Assembly: GCA_030446435.1 (NCBI GenBank)
Contig: JASURT010000002.1
Coordinates: 1 to 48,844 of the forward strand
Length of the DNA: 48,844 bases
Reading direction: 5' to 3'
Source: Candidatus Ozemobacter sp.
GTDB lineage: Bacteria > Muiribacteriota > Ozemobacteria > Ozemobacterales > Ozemobacteraceae
In this document: positions 1 through 9,010 of the stretch, one piece after another
Numbering within the stretch: the stretch's first letter is position 1
Layout of the letters: each line of letters begins with the position of its first letter
Notes under the pieces: generated by a model
What the model was told of the DNA's origin: nothing
What the model saw: only the letters and a program-made list of their open reading frames with translations
Databases searched by the model: none
Translations under genes and position numbers: made by a program

Positions 1-6
1 TATCAG

Positions 7-1230
7 ATGACCGAGCCTCAGGTAATGTCAGGCGGTAACGTAAGTGCCCCGTCATTTGACCCGCCGCCACTGATGCCGCCTCCGCCACCTCCTGTGAATG
101 AACAGACTTATGGTGTGCCTGCGCCACAGGGCGTCGATAGCTACGCGCCCCCAGCAGCGCCTCCGGTTTATACAGGTGGCAGCATGACTCCGCCTCCGCC
201 TCCGGTGCAGAACGATTACGCCGCAGCGCCTTCGATAAGCGCTCCGCCACCACCCCCGGTTGGTGTGCCCGATATGATGACGCCGCCTCCGGCACCTTAC
301 ATGGGCGCGCCCGTTCCCGGCCCGGCTCCGGCACCATCTGATCCGGTTGCAATTGGCACCCGCGAACTTTATCGAGAAGACCGATATCGCATTCCCGATG
401 AACTCAAGCCAACCAATTTCAGTCCGTATTTTGCGAACCTGAATGGCTATCATGGCTTGTTCGAAACAGAAAGCGCCTTGCTGCCATACATTCCAACCTG
501 GCACTTCGGTCTGCATTACCGCTACGAAAAATATCAGTATCTCAATGGCCAGAAAAACCTGATCGAAGGTAATGAGTCATACATTCCTCTGCACCTTTCG
601 TATGCGGGCAAAAAGCTTTTCGCAGCACTCAACATTCCTTTCCAGAGTTGGGAAGTGAAGCGTTCCGGCGGCAACAGCAATACCGTAAGCCTTTCAGGAA
701 TGCATGATCCGTCTTTGAAAGTCGGTTATCAGGTCTGGAAAAATCTCGAAGGCACTCATGCCGTAACCCTTCATGCCGAAGGCAAGTTCCCCGGCGACAA
801 CTATCATCAGCCTCTGGTCGATATGTCAGGAAAAAGTAACGTGGGCGTAAGAGTCGGCCCGGCTGAAGCGACCCGTGGCGCTTGGGTAGAAGTTGGCGGC
901 GCTTATTCGGGTGTGATGAACGAAAAATGGACAAGTCATCTGAATCTGGCTCTGGCAAATGATTCAGAAGATAGTATTTCCAAGTTCATTATGCGTGCCG
1001 GTATGGACTATCGCGTAAATCAGAATTTCTCGATAGTCGGCGAAATTAACAGCACTTCATATGAAATGGACAATGGTCCGGATGACACCAACGTAGACCT
1101 GTTGCTTGGGTTCATCATTTTCAACGACCAATGGCAGGGTTCAATCGGATTCCCGATGGCACTTGAAAAAGATTGGGGTTATGCCCATGACTTCGGTGTG
1201 GTATTCGGTTTGAATCATCGTTGGGACTAA
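7..1230 (+). CDS. Pro-rich N-terminal region plus probable outer-membrane beta-barrel (transporter-like); probably 5'-truncated by the window
   Basis: About 110 aa of PPPP repeats. The C-terminal ~250 aa has alternating amphipathic strands ending GVVFGLNHRWD. The frame is open to the window edge and no signal peptide is visible. Confidence 0.6.
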   Translation: MTEPQVMSGGNVSAPSFDPPPLMPPPPPPVNEQTYGVPAPQGVDSYAPPAAPPVYTGGSMTPPPPPVQNDYAAAPSISAPPPPPVGVPDMMTPPPAPYMGAPVPGPAPAPSDPVAIGTRELYREDRYRIPDELKPTNFSPYFANLNGYHGLFETESALLPYIPTWHFGLHYRYEKYQYLNGQKNLIEGNESYIPLHLSYAGKKLFAALNIPFQSWEVKRSGGNSNTVSLSGMHDPSLKVGYQVWKNLEGTHAVTLHAEGKFPGDNYHQPLVDMSGKSNVGVRVGPAEATRGAWVEVGGAYSGVMNEKWTSHLNLALANDSEDSISKFIMRAGMDYRVNQNFSIVGEINSTSYEMDNGPDDTNVDLLLGFIIFNDQWQGSIGFPMALEKDWGYAHDFGVVFGLNHRWD

Positions 1231-1241
1231 GAAACGAAGAG

Positions 1242-1272
1242 AACTCCCCGGTTTGCCGGGGAGTTTTTTTTT
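1242..1272 (+). terminator. Rho-independent terminator
   Basis: AACTCCCCGG-TTTG-CCGGGGAGTT followed by a T run. Confidence 0.9.
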
Positions 1273-1352
1273 GTCCGGATTCCTGTTATTCTGTTTTGTA
1301 GATACAAAAATTCAGATAAAAAAATTGAGATAAAAACGATAAGGGAGGCAAA

Positions 1353-3344
1353 ATGAAACTCTGCAAAACTATTCTTCTGGTTCTGGCTCTGTTGCTATCA
1401 GGCCAGATTATGGCGGCCCAGATTCAGGATTCTGAATCGGCAAGTCATGATGTCTATGCGGCCAAATACCAGGTCGAGGCGGTTTATGAAGGCAATGGCT
1501 TCAAGATTGTTCAATACAATCTGGCTGTTCTTTCACATTTTTCTTATCTGTTGATCAGTGATGGTAAGGTTCTGGTAATAGACCCGGGCCGGGACATTGA
1601 AACCTATCTTGAATATGCCCGAAAAGAGAACCTTGAATGGGTAGGAACTTTTTTGACCCATTCGCATGCTGACTTTGTGGCGGGCCATCGGGAAATGGCT
1701 CATGCTACCGGTGCTCCGATTTATGCCGGGCACAAAAGCGGCGATTTATTTCCGCATATTGCAGTTAAAGAAAATGACAGCATTGCGGTCGGTAAGGCGA
1801 CCTTGAAGGTTCTTGAAACTCCGGGTCACACTCCTGACGGCTTGTGCGGACTTGTTGCTGGTGAAGAAAGCGGCCAGAAGGGTCAGTTCCTGCTTTCAGG
1901 CGATACTCTTTTTGTCGGCAGCGTGGGTCGCCCCGACCTTATGGGGGCGAATTATTCAGCTGCCCAGCTTGCCGGTATGATGTTCGATTCCTGGAACAAC
2001 AAGCTTTCAAAGCTTGCCGACAGTGTCGTAGTGCTGCCGGCTCATGGCGCGGGCTCTTTATGCGGTGCCAATCTGAGTGATGAACCTTCGTCGACGATCG
2101 GCCAGGAAAAGCGTAATAATCCGTATGTTAAATTTGCTGACAATCGCAGCGCTTTTATCGCCAATGTGCTGCAGGGGCTTAAAGACGCGCCGGCATATTT
2201 TAAAGAAAACGCCAGAATCAACAAAGAAGGCCCTGAGTTGGTCGACTGGAAAAATCCGCTGGGCAATAAAGTTGAAAGTTTGAACGGCATCATGAACAGG
2301 CCTGACATCTATATCGTAGATGTCAGAAATGCGGCTGAATATGCCAAAGGACATGTCTGGAGAGCAGTTAACATCGCCTTGCGTGGAAGAATTGAAACCT
2401 GGACCGGTATTATCGTTCCTTTCAATGCCAGACTTATACTTCACGGCAGTGAAGAAGAAGTTCTGGAAGCTGCTCATCGCCTGAAAAGAGTCGGTTACAA
2501 TGCAGATTATCTTGATTTTGGCAAGCAATTCGCAAACACCACTGCGCCAATGATAGAGCCTTCTGAACTTCGCCAAAGAATGAAGCAAGGTAAGGCTCCG
2601 GTTATCGTTGATGTAAGACTTCCTGATGAATGGATGGGTATGCGTATCGGCGAAGTGATCAACATTCCTTTGAACAAACTTGAAGAACTGGCTGGTAAGA
2701 AGCTCGATCAACGAGAAGAAATCGTAACCGTATGTAATTCGGCTTTCAGATCAAGCCTTGCTATCGGACTTCTTGAGAGAAACGGTTTTAAGAATGGTCG
2801 AAGCATGAAAGGTGGTGCAGAAGCCTGGGTTGCTGCCGGTTATCCGGTAATCAAGATCAGCACCGCCGAAAAACAGGCAGATGAAGCTGTCGAATACCGA
2901 AATCTGGGCTTACCCGAAAGGATTTCTGCCAATGAACTTATGAGCCGTCTTAAAGACCTTCCGGGCAGTCTTGAGATTGTCGACATTCGTCCGAAAAACC
3001 AGGTTTTGGGTTACAACCCCCTGAATGCTCAACATGCTGATATTGGCGAACTAATCGAAAGTCAGCGGTGGCTGGTCGGCGATGTTCCGCTTCTGATCGT
3101 TGATCGTGATGGAACTTTGGCAATGATGGCTGCGGGAATTCTGTCTCGCAAAACCAAACGAGAAATCAAGGTTTTACGCGGAGGAATTGAAGCTTTCTGG
3201 CAACAGCAGGAAATGGGTTTTATCAAGGATCGCATGATTCCGGTTGGACCGGCAAAAGTTGTTCCGGACGCAAAAACCGAGCCGGCTGCTCCTAAAACTG
3301 CGCCTGAAAGCAGGCCCAGAAAAAGAAAAAGTGCAGGTTGTTAA
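1353..3344 (+). CDS. Exported MBL-fold hydrolase (persulfide dioxygenase/Blh-like) fused to three rhodanese domains
   Basis: Signal peptide; THSHADF, TPGHT, SGDTLFVGSVGRPDL and PAHGAGSLCG motifs; rhodanese domains, one with a Cys loop (VCNSAFRS); GGGAGG RBS. Confidence 0.88.
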   Translation: MKLCKTILLVLALLLSGQIMAAQIQDSESASHDVYAAKYQVEAVYEGNGFKIVQYNLAVLSHFSYLLISDGKVLVIDPGRDIETYLEYARKENLEWVGTFLTHSHADFVAGHREMAHATGAPIYAGHKSGDLFPHIAVKENDSIAVGKATLKVLETPGHTPDGLCGLVAGEESGQKGQFLLSGDTLFVGSVGRPDLMGANYSAAQLAGMMFDSWNNKLSKLADSVVVLPAHGAGSLCGANLSDEPSSTIGQEKRNNPYVKFADNRSAFIANVLQGLKDAPAYFKENARINKEGPELVDWKNPLGNKVESLNGIMNRPDIYIVDVRNAAEYAKGHVWRAVNIALRGRIETWTGIIVPFNARLILHGSEEEVLEAAHRLKRVGYNADYLDFGKQFANTTAPMIEPSELRQRMKQGKAPVIVDVRLPDEWMGMRIGEVINIPLNKLEELAGKKLDQREEIVTVCNSAFRSSLAIGLLERNGFKNGRSMKGGAEAWVAAGYPVIKISTAEKQADEAVEYRNLGLPERISANELMSRLKDLPGSLEIVDIRPKNQVLGYNPLNAQHADIGELIESQRWLVGDVPLLIVDRDGTLAMMAAGILSRKTKREIKVLRGGIEAFWQQQEMGFIKDRMIPVGPAKVVPDAKTEPAAPKTAPESRPRKRKSAGC

Positions 3345-3346
3345 TT

Positions 3347-3862
3347 ATGCAGGAAAACAAGATTAATAGCTACATGAATCCGTATCTGGCAGGTTTTCTT
3401 CTTGGGCTGACTTTACTTGCTTCATTCGTGGTACTTGGCACTGGGCTTGGTGCTTCATCGGGTCTGGCAAGAATTTCGGCCTGGTGTGGTTTGTGTGTTT
3501 CACCAGATCACTTTCTTAAATCTGAATACTTTGGCGCCTGGGGTGAGAACCCGACCGGTTATTATCTGTTCTACATGCTTATAGGGGTTGCGATCGGTGG
3601 TTTTCTGTCGGCCCTTTCTTCAAGTCGTATAAGTATTGAAACAGAGCGGGGAAATTCTTTCGGTGCCTGGTCACGCTTATGGCTTGCTCTCAGCGGCGGC
3701 GTAATAGTTGGTTTTGCCAGTCGATTGGCGCGTGGTTGTACCTCGGGTCAGGCCCTTACCGGCACAGCTTTATTGCTTAGCGGAAGCATCGTTTTTCTAC
3801 TTTGCGTTTTTGCCGGTGGCTATCTGGCAGCCTATTTCGTAAGGAGGCAGTGGCATGATTGA
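3347..3862 (+). CDS. YeeE/YedE (TsuA-like) sulfur-compound transporter, half-size subunit
   Basis: NPYLAG start, GLGAS and LARGCTSG motifs, about 4 TM helices. Confidence 0.85.
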   Translation: MQENKINSYMNPYLAGFLLGLTLLASFVVLGTGLGASSGLARISAWCGLCVSPDHFLKSEYFGAWGENPTGYYLFYMLIGVAIGGFLSALSSSRISIETERGNSFGAWSRLWLALSGGVIVGFASRLARGCTSGQALTGTALLLSGSIVFLLCVFAGGYLAAYFVRRQWHD

Positions 3863-5858
3863 AACATATTTTGGCGCAAATCTTTTAAGCTCGTTTCCTG
3901 CCTTCATTAGTGCCCTGATAATCGGCATTGCTTTCGGCTGGTGCCTGGAACAGGCTGGCTTCGGTAGCTCGAGAAGGCTCAGTGGTATTTTTTACTTTCG
4001 CGACATGGCAGTGCTTAAGGTCATGTTCAGCGCAGTCATAACTGCTGCTCTTGGTTTACTGATTCTTTTCAACCTTGGACTGATCAGCCCCGAATCAATT
4101 TATTTCCCTGAGACTTTCTGGGGGGCGCAGATCATTGGTGGATTGCTTTTCGGAGTCGGTTTCGTTATCGGTGGCTGGTGCCCTGGCACAGCTGCGGTTG
4201 GCGCAGTCAGCGGAAAGTTCGATGCACTGATTTTTCTGTTTGGTGCCGGTCTTGGCAGTATGGCTTTCAGCGAAAGCTTTGACATGATCAAGCCTTACTA
4301 TCTGATGGGTGCAAGCGGGGTAAGGTTCGTTTATGACGATCTGGGCTTACCTGTAGGGCAGTTTGCCTTGTTGCTGACTCTGGTTGCCATTGCAGCTTTC
4401 TGGATAAGCGAGTTGATCGAAACAAAGTTCGATTTTGCGCTTGCTGCCCAAAGAAGCAAAGGCTTGTGGGTTTTTTCTCTTGCGATTCTTATTGTCGCGA
4501 GCGGCATCAGTGTTTTGCCGGCAAGAAGCGTCATGGGAACTGCGACAACAGCTCTTTCAGGTTTGCCCGAAGTTTATGAGGCCATCTCCAGAGCTGAAGA
4601 TCATATCGAGCCGGTCGATCTGGCACGTGAGCTTGTTGCCGGAAAAAGTAAAATTATCTGCGTAGATGTCAGAACCCTCGAAGAATATCATGAATGGCAC
4701 ATTCCCGGTGCACGGCATTTTCCGCTGGAATCTGTTGCTGCGGGCCTGAACAAATACAAAAACTATGATCGAATTGTGCTTTATTCGAATGGAACGGTTC
4801 ACCCCGCCCAAATGTGGGTTGTTCTAAGATTGAAAGGTTTCAGAAATGTGTTTGTTCTTGCTGACGGCTTGAAGGGGCTATTTGAGACAGTTCTCAAACC
4901 GGCTGTTTTGCGCACAGAAGCTTTAAGCCAGGCGCAGCAGCGCGAAATTGAGCAATGGCGTTCTTATTTTCTTTCTTCAGGGCAAACGGTTGGCTCGGCT
5001 GCCATGCCTGATTTTTCAGGAGTGATGAACAAAGCTAAAAACTGGTCATTGTCGCCATTGGTCGATGTCGAATGGCTCGAATCGAACCTTGACAGAGTCA
5101 GAATCATAGATACAAGACCGCAGCCTGAATATAACAGTGGTCATATCGATGGCGCCATATCGCTGAATATCGAAAATCTGCGCGGAAATGTCGGTGGCAT
5201 GCCATCGATGCTTCTTCCGCCTGAAATGATTGCCAAAGTTCTTTCTTTGGCCGGTATTCGCCCTGATGACAAAATCGTAATCGTTGATGATAAAATCAGA
5301 AATGCGACTTTGCTTGCAGCTGCGCTGAACAAAGTCGGTCATGCCGAATTAACCATACTTAACGGCGGCTTCAATGCCTGGCGTGCTGCGGCAAAACCGG
5401 TTTCGCGCAGTCTTCGCTCTTTGCCGACAAGTGATTACCAGCCTGTCGAGGGTGCCGATGCTTTCATAATTGACACCGAAGAGTTATACGAGAAAGCTTT
5501 GGCAAAAAAAGTGAGAATCGTTGACGCCAGACCTTCTGAGCAGTATTCAGGCCAGGAAGTCACCGAGGCTCGCGGCGGCCATATTCCATGGGCTTTAAAT
5601 CGACCTGTCACACAAGATCTGATGGCAGTGAACGAGTCTGAATTCAGGCCGGCAGAAGAACTGAAAAATGATTACATCGCTCTTTTGGGCACTGACAGTA
5701 ACGGAAACGATGAAATCGTCGCCAACTGTCGTACCGGTCATTCGGCGAGTCAGGCCTGGTATGTTATGAACCGTATTCTGGGTTATAAAAACGTCAGATT
5801 GTATGACGGTTCATGGACAATATGGGCAGCCGACGAACGCCTGCCGGTAGAAAAATAA
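3855..5858 (+). CDS. YeeE/YedE half-transporter fused to three rhodanese domains (C-terminal thiosulfate/3-mercaptopyruvate sulfurtransferase-like pair)
   Basis: FGWCLEQAGF and GGWCPGT motifs; GHIDGA, GHIPWA, ANCRTGHSA and LYDGSW rhodanese signatures; overlaps the upstream stop. Confidence 0.85.
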   Translation: MIETYFGANLLSSFPAFISALIIGIAFGWCLEQAGFGSSRRLSGIFYFRDMAVLKVMFSAVITAALGLLILFNLGLISPESIYFPETFWGAQIIGGLLFGVGFVIGGWCPGTAAVGAVSGKFDALIFLFGAGLGSMAFSESFDMIKPYYLMGASGVRFVYDDLGLPVGQFALLLTLVAIAAFWISELIETKFDFALAAQRSKGLWVFSLAILIVASGISVLPARSVMGTATTALSGLPEVYEAISRAEDHIEPVDLARELVAGKSKIICVDVRTLEEYHEWHIPGARHFPLESVAAGLNKYKNYDRIVLYSNGTVHPAQMWVVLRLKGFRNVFVLADGLKGLFETVLKPAVLRTEALSQAQQREIEQWRSYFLSSGQTVGSAAMPDFSGVMNKAKNWSLSPLVDVEWLESNLDRVRIIDTRPQPEYNSGHIDGAISLNIENLRGNVGGMPSMLLPPEMIAKVLSLAGIRPDDKIVIVDDKIRNATLLAAALNKVGHAELTILNGGFNAWRAAAKPVSRSLRSLPTSDYQPVEGADAFIIDTEELYEKALAKKVRIVDARPSEQYSGQEVTEARGGHIPWALNRPVTQDLMAVNESEFRPAEELKNDYIALLGTDSNGNDEIVANCRTGHSASQAWYVMNRILGYKNVRLYDGSWTIWAADERLPVEK

Positions 5859-5863
5859 CGGGC

Positions 5864-5909
5864 GAAAAAAAACTGCTCGCTACAGTTTATCGTAGCGAGC
5901 AGTTTTTTT
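5864..5909. terminator. Bidirectional intrinsic terminator
   Basis: A run-CTGCTCGCTAC-loop-GTAGCGAGCAG-T run between convergent genes. Confidence 0.9.
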
Positions 5910-5917
5910 ATTTAGTA

Positions 5918-6829
5918 TCAAAAATTGTATTTGCGCAAAATCAGCTGTTCATAGAGATCAACGCCACCCGAAGTAAGTCTTGCCGCCAGGGGCTGATTTT
6001 CATCCTGATCTTTATTGGTTGTTTTCAGCGCGCCGTATTCGGTTAAGTAACATACTTCATGAATAATCGAATCGACCCCGGTTTGTTCTTTCACATGGCG
6101 GGCCAATTCTTCAATAGTCATGTAGCTGAATGCCTTTTCTTTCCAATGTGTGTAAAGAGTATTGAAAATAGCGCGGCGAGTGCTCCAGTCAAAGCCTTTC
6201 TGGCGGTCAGCAAAAAACATTGGCCCACCGACCGGAAACATACTCTTGCCGGTAAGAGGATTGAGAAGGCCTGCCAGCGCCAGCCAGAGACCGATCAGGC
6301 CGAGTAGAACCGTGAATATGGCGATTGGAAGATTCAGGGCTGCGGTTCCGGTAAGGCCCCTGATGATCTTACAGACGTATAGAAGATCGATGTCGAGCAG
6401 AAAGAAGAACAGCAGCTTGCTGAAGAAGCCAAAACCATAGGTTAGAAAGGCAAAAACAACAAGCATTAGAATTTCGGTCGCGACAATGATGTGGTGATCG
6501 ATCATCCAGCCGTAGCCAACGCCGATGAAAGAGATTCCGGTGATCATCCAGTTGAATGCAAATGCCGTGAAAATGGTGCCGCCATATGTGTTTTTGTTGG
6601 CGAAATCCATTATGCCGGTAATTAACTGGCAAAACCCGCCAAATAGAACACAGAAAATTCCGGCAGTGATGAACGCCGAGCTGTTAATGCCGGTTTCGCT
6701 GATTCCATAACCGAAGGCAATGGGGGTAAGGGCGGCACAGGCGATTGCCAGGCCGAAAAGTCCAAGGGGGGCAGGGTTGCCAAACACACTGTGGGGTGAA
6801 GCAACACCGAAATCAATTTTTTTGATCAT
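5918..6829 (-). CDS. satP: Acetate/succinate uptake channel (SatP, GPR1/FUN34/YaaH family) with a C-terminal winged-helix-like extension
   Basis: NPAPLGL signature and 6 TM helices; GGAGG RBS before ATG at 6829; about 100-aa soluble tail. Confidence 0.8.
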   Translation of the reverse strand: MIKKIDFGVASPHSVFGNPAPLGLFGLAIACAALTPIAFGYGISETGINSSAFITAGIFCVLFGGFCQLITGIMDFANKNTYGGTIFTAFAFNWMITGISFIGVGYGWMIDHHIIVATEILMLVVFAFLTYGFGFFSKLLFFFLLDIDLLYVCKIIRGLTGTAALNLPIAIFTVLLGLIGLWLALAGLLNPLTGKSMFPVGGPMFFADRQKGFDWSTRRAIFNTLYTHWKEKAFSYMTIEELARHVKEQTGVDSIIHEVCYLTEYGALKTTNKDQDENQPLAARLTSGGVDLYEQLILRKYNF

Positions 6830-6992
6830 CTTGCAACTGTCCTCCGAAAAAATATTTCCCTGCAATAATACCATAACTTGTCGCAAACCACGACTGACAA
6901 TGACAGATATAAGACAGGCAGTTTAATAAGATTGTTAATTTATTGCAAAAATGTTAAAGGTAAAATTATATGAAGAACAGGTGAAAAAAGAT

Positions 6993-7412
6993 ATGAGTCT
7001 TGAACTTGAAAGCCTGGAAAAGGCTGTAGGATCTCTTATCAGGGCTGTTGACTATGCTTCTGAACAAATTGCCGTTTCTCACGACTCTACACAAAAAGAG
7101 GTGCTTCGAGCCGGCGTGATACAGAACTTTGAATTTACATATGAACTTTGCTGGAAGTTTATGAAGCGTTGGCTTGAATTCAATGTAGGCAGCACAGTCG
7201 TCGACGGTGTACCTCGACGTGAGCTATTCAGAATAGCTGCCGAGAGTATTTTGATTGAAGATGTCGAAAAGTGGATGATTTTTCACGAAGCCCGTAATCG
7301 CACTTCGCATATTTATGACCCTGAAATTTCTGAAGAAGTGTATAAAATCGCCACTTCTTTCGTTTTCGACGCAAAAAATCTTTTAAAAACCTTGAAAAGC
7401 AAAAATGCTTGA
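6993..7412 (+). CDS. HEPN-domain protein, HI0074 family (toxin of an MNT-HEPN pair)
   Basis: GVIQNFEFTYELCWK and the RX4HXY motif RNRTSHIY. Confidence 0.9.
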   Translation: MSLELESLEKAVGSLIRAVDYASEQIAVSHDSTQKEVLRAGVIQNFEFTYELCWKFMKRWLEFNVGSTVVDGVPRRELFRIAAESILIEDVEKWMIFHEARNRTSHIYDPEISEEVYKIATSFVFDAKNLLKTLKSKNA

Positions 7413-7713
7413 TCTTGTACCGAATCACCTTCAAATTGTCAGGGATATTCTTGCGACTCATGTTCCCAATGCCGAGGTAAGAGCTTTTGGTTCGCGCGTT
7501 AAGGGATGCGCCAAAAGTTATTCAGATTTAGATCTTGCGATCATTGAAGAGAAGAAGATTTCTTTTGATCGTTTCCGGCTTCTGAAAGAATCATTTCAGA
7601 ATTCCGAATTGCCTATGAGGGTTGACCTGGTTGACTGGCACGGTATTTCAGATTCTTTTCAAAAAATAATCGAGTCCGGCTTTGTAAAGATTTGGCCCCT
7701 TGAACTTGAATGA
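7405..7713 (+). CDS. Minimal nucleotidyltransferase (MNT, HI0073-like antitoxin)
   Basis: FGSR...SDLDL and VDLVD motifs; overlaps the HEPN gene. Confidence 0.9.
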   Translation: MLDLVPNHLQIVRDILATHVPNAEVRAFGSRVKGCAKSYSDLDLAIIEEKKISFDRFRLLKESFQNSELPMRVDLVDWHGISDSFQKIIESGFVKIWPLELE

Positions 7714-7774
7714 TTGTTCAATTTTTTTTTATCAGGGGTTGTAATGTACCGAAATGTATGTTTCACTTATAGGT

Positions 7775-7856
7775 AAGTATTAAGTGTATCTATAAGTATT
7801 AAAGTATTAAAGTATCTGTGCCTCGTTAAAGTTTTATCCGCAACGCACATAAGTAT
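7775..7856 (+). repeat. Cluster of AAGTAT direct repeats upstream of the EndoU gene
   Basis: AAGTAT at 7775, 7794, 7802, 7810 and 7851; AAGTGT at 7782. Confidence 0.6.
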
Positions 7857-7873
7857 CGAGTAAGGAGCAAAGA

Positions 7874-8935
7874 ATGCGTAAGCTGGTATTGTCAGTATTT
7901 TCCCTTTTTCTTTTTTCTTCAATGGTATTCGGTTATACCCCGAATGTTGGTCAATTTTCTGATCAGCTCGAATGTATTACCGATGCAAAACTTCGCAAAA
8001 CCCTCGAAAACAGCATTGTTGCCGGTTTAATTTCGAACCAGCAGGAATTCGACGCAGTGGTCGAAAGAGCTGAAGCCCGCGCCAACAACCAGTCAGCAGT
8101 TTATTATTCTGCACGTGGTTTTGATCTCTCTACTGTGCGCAGAGAAATCGCCGTTGCCTGCAAGCCGATTGCCTCTTTAGATCGCGATGCGGTCAAAGTA
8201 GAAAAACATGAAGGCTACAAAGCAAATATGCTGTTCAAAGATATTTCCGGCAATATTCCGCAGAGCTACAAAGATGCTTATGACCTTTGTTTGAAATTCA
8301 ACCCCAGAAACGGAACCAACGATGCCAAGCGTCTTGATAAAGAAATAGACCAGTTTCTCGCTGATATAGCTGATGACCCGGTTATCGTTCAGGCACTCAG
8401 AACCACCGATACCACAATCGAAGATATGAAAAGAAACTGGTTCGGCAGCGGACTTGGTTTCGAGCATGTTATCGCCGGCGAAATCAAAGGCTCGAAAGTC
8501 AGTGGTTATCACTGGTGGTATCGTTTTTATCGTGATGAAAGAAATGATCGCGCTGAAGTTCTTACATCGATTTCAGATGTGGGCAATGATAATATTTACA
8601 CCGGTTCCTTCCACTGGGATCCCGATGGAAAAAATGGTCCTCTTCCGAATGCACGAAAACCCATTGGCGGCTTTCTCGTAGGTAGCTCAGTTAAAGCGAT
8701 TCTCGCCGTTGGGCACATTGCCATCGAGACCGCAAGAAAATATGGTCGGGTACCCGGTGCCATGACTTTCAGAGCCAACATCAACGGTCAGGAATTCAAC
8801 TGGCAGCTTTACACCATGGGCGGAAACATTCGCAGCCTTTATCCTCTTGGTGGAAAAGGTATCGAAACCGAACCCGGCGAAGATATTTTTTATGAACTCG
8901 AAGAAGGACTTGTGGAACAGGCTACTTTGCATTGA
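7874..8935 (+). CDS. Secreted XendoU/EndoU-family endoribonuclease
   Basis: Signal peptide; GFEHVIAGEIK, VSGYHWW and KPIGGFLVGSS match the XendoU His-His-Lys motifs; AAGGAG RBS. Confidence 0.8.
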   Translation: MRKLVLSVFSLFLFSSMVFGYTPNVGQFSDQLECITDAKLRKTLENSIVAGLISNQQEFDAVVERAEARANNQSAVYYSARGFDLSTVRREIAVACKPIASLDRDAVKVEKHEGYKANMLFKDISGNIPQSYKDAYDLCLKFNPRNGTNDAKRLDKEIDQFLADIADDPVIVQALRTTDTTIEDMKRNWFGSGLGFEHVIAGEIKGSKVSGYHWWYRFYRDERNDRAEVLTSISDVGNDNIYTGSFHWDPDGKNGPLPNARKPIGGFLVGSSVKAILAVGHIAIETARKYGRVPGAMTFRANINGQEFNWQLYTMGGNIRSLYPLGGKGIETEPGEDIFYELEEGLVEQATLH

Positions 8936-8959
8936 TGCAAGAATAGTTTCTTAGATAAG

Positions 8960-9003
8960 AAACGACCGGGCAATCGAACTCGATTTGCCCGGTCGTTTTT
9001 TTT
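8960..9003. terminator. Intrinsic terminator, probably bidirectional
   Basis: AAACGACCGGGCAA...TTGCCCGGTCGTTT followed by a T run. Confidence 0.88.
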
Positions 9004-9010
9004 ATCAAGC

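Noticed and set aside
1353-5858. Selenocysteine recoding in the sulfur operon
   Set aside because: No in-frame TGA at Cys positions; the MBL gene ends TGT-TAA.
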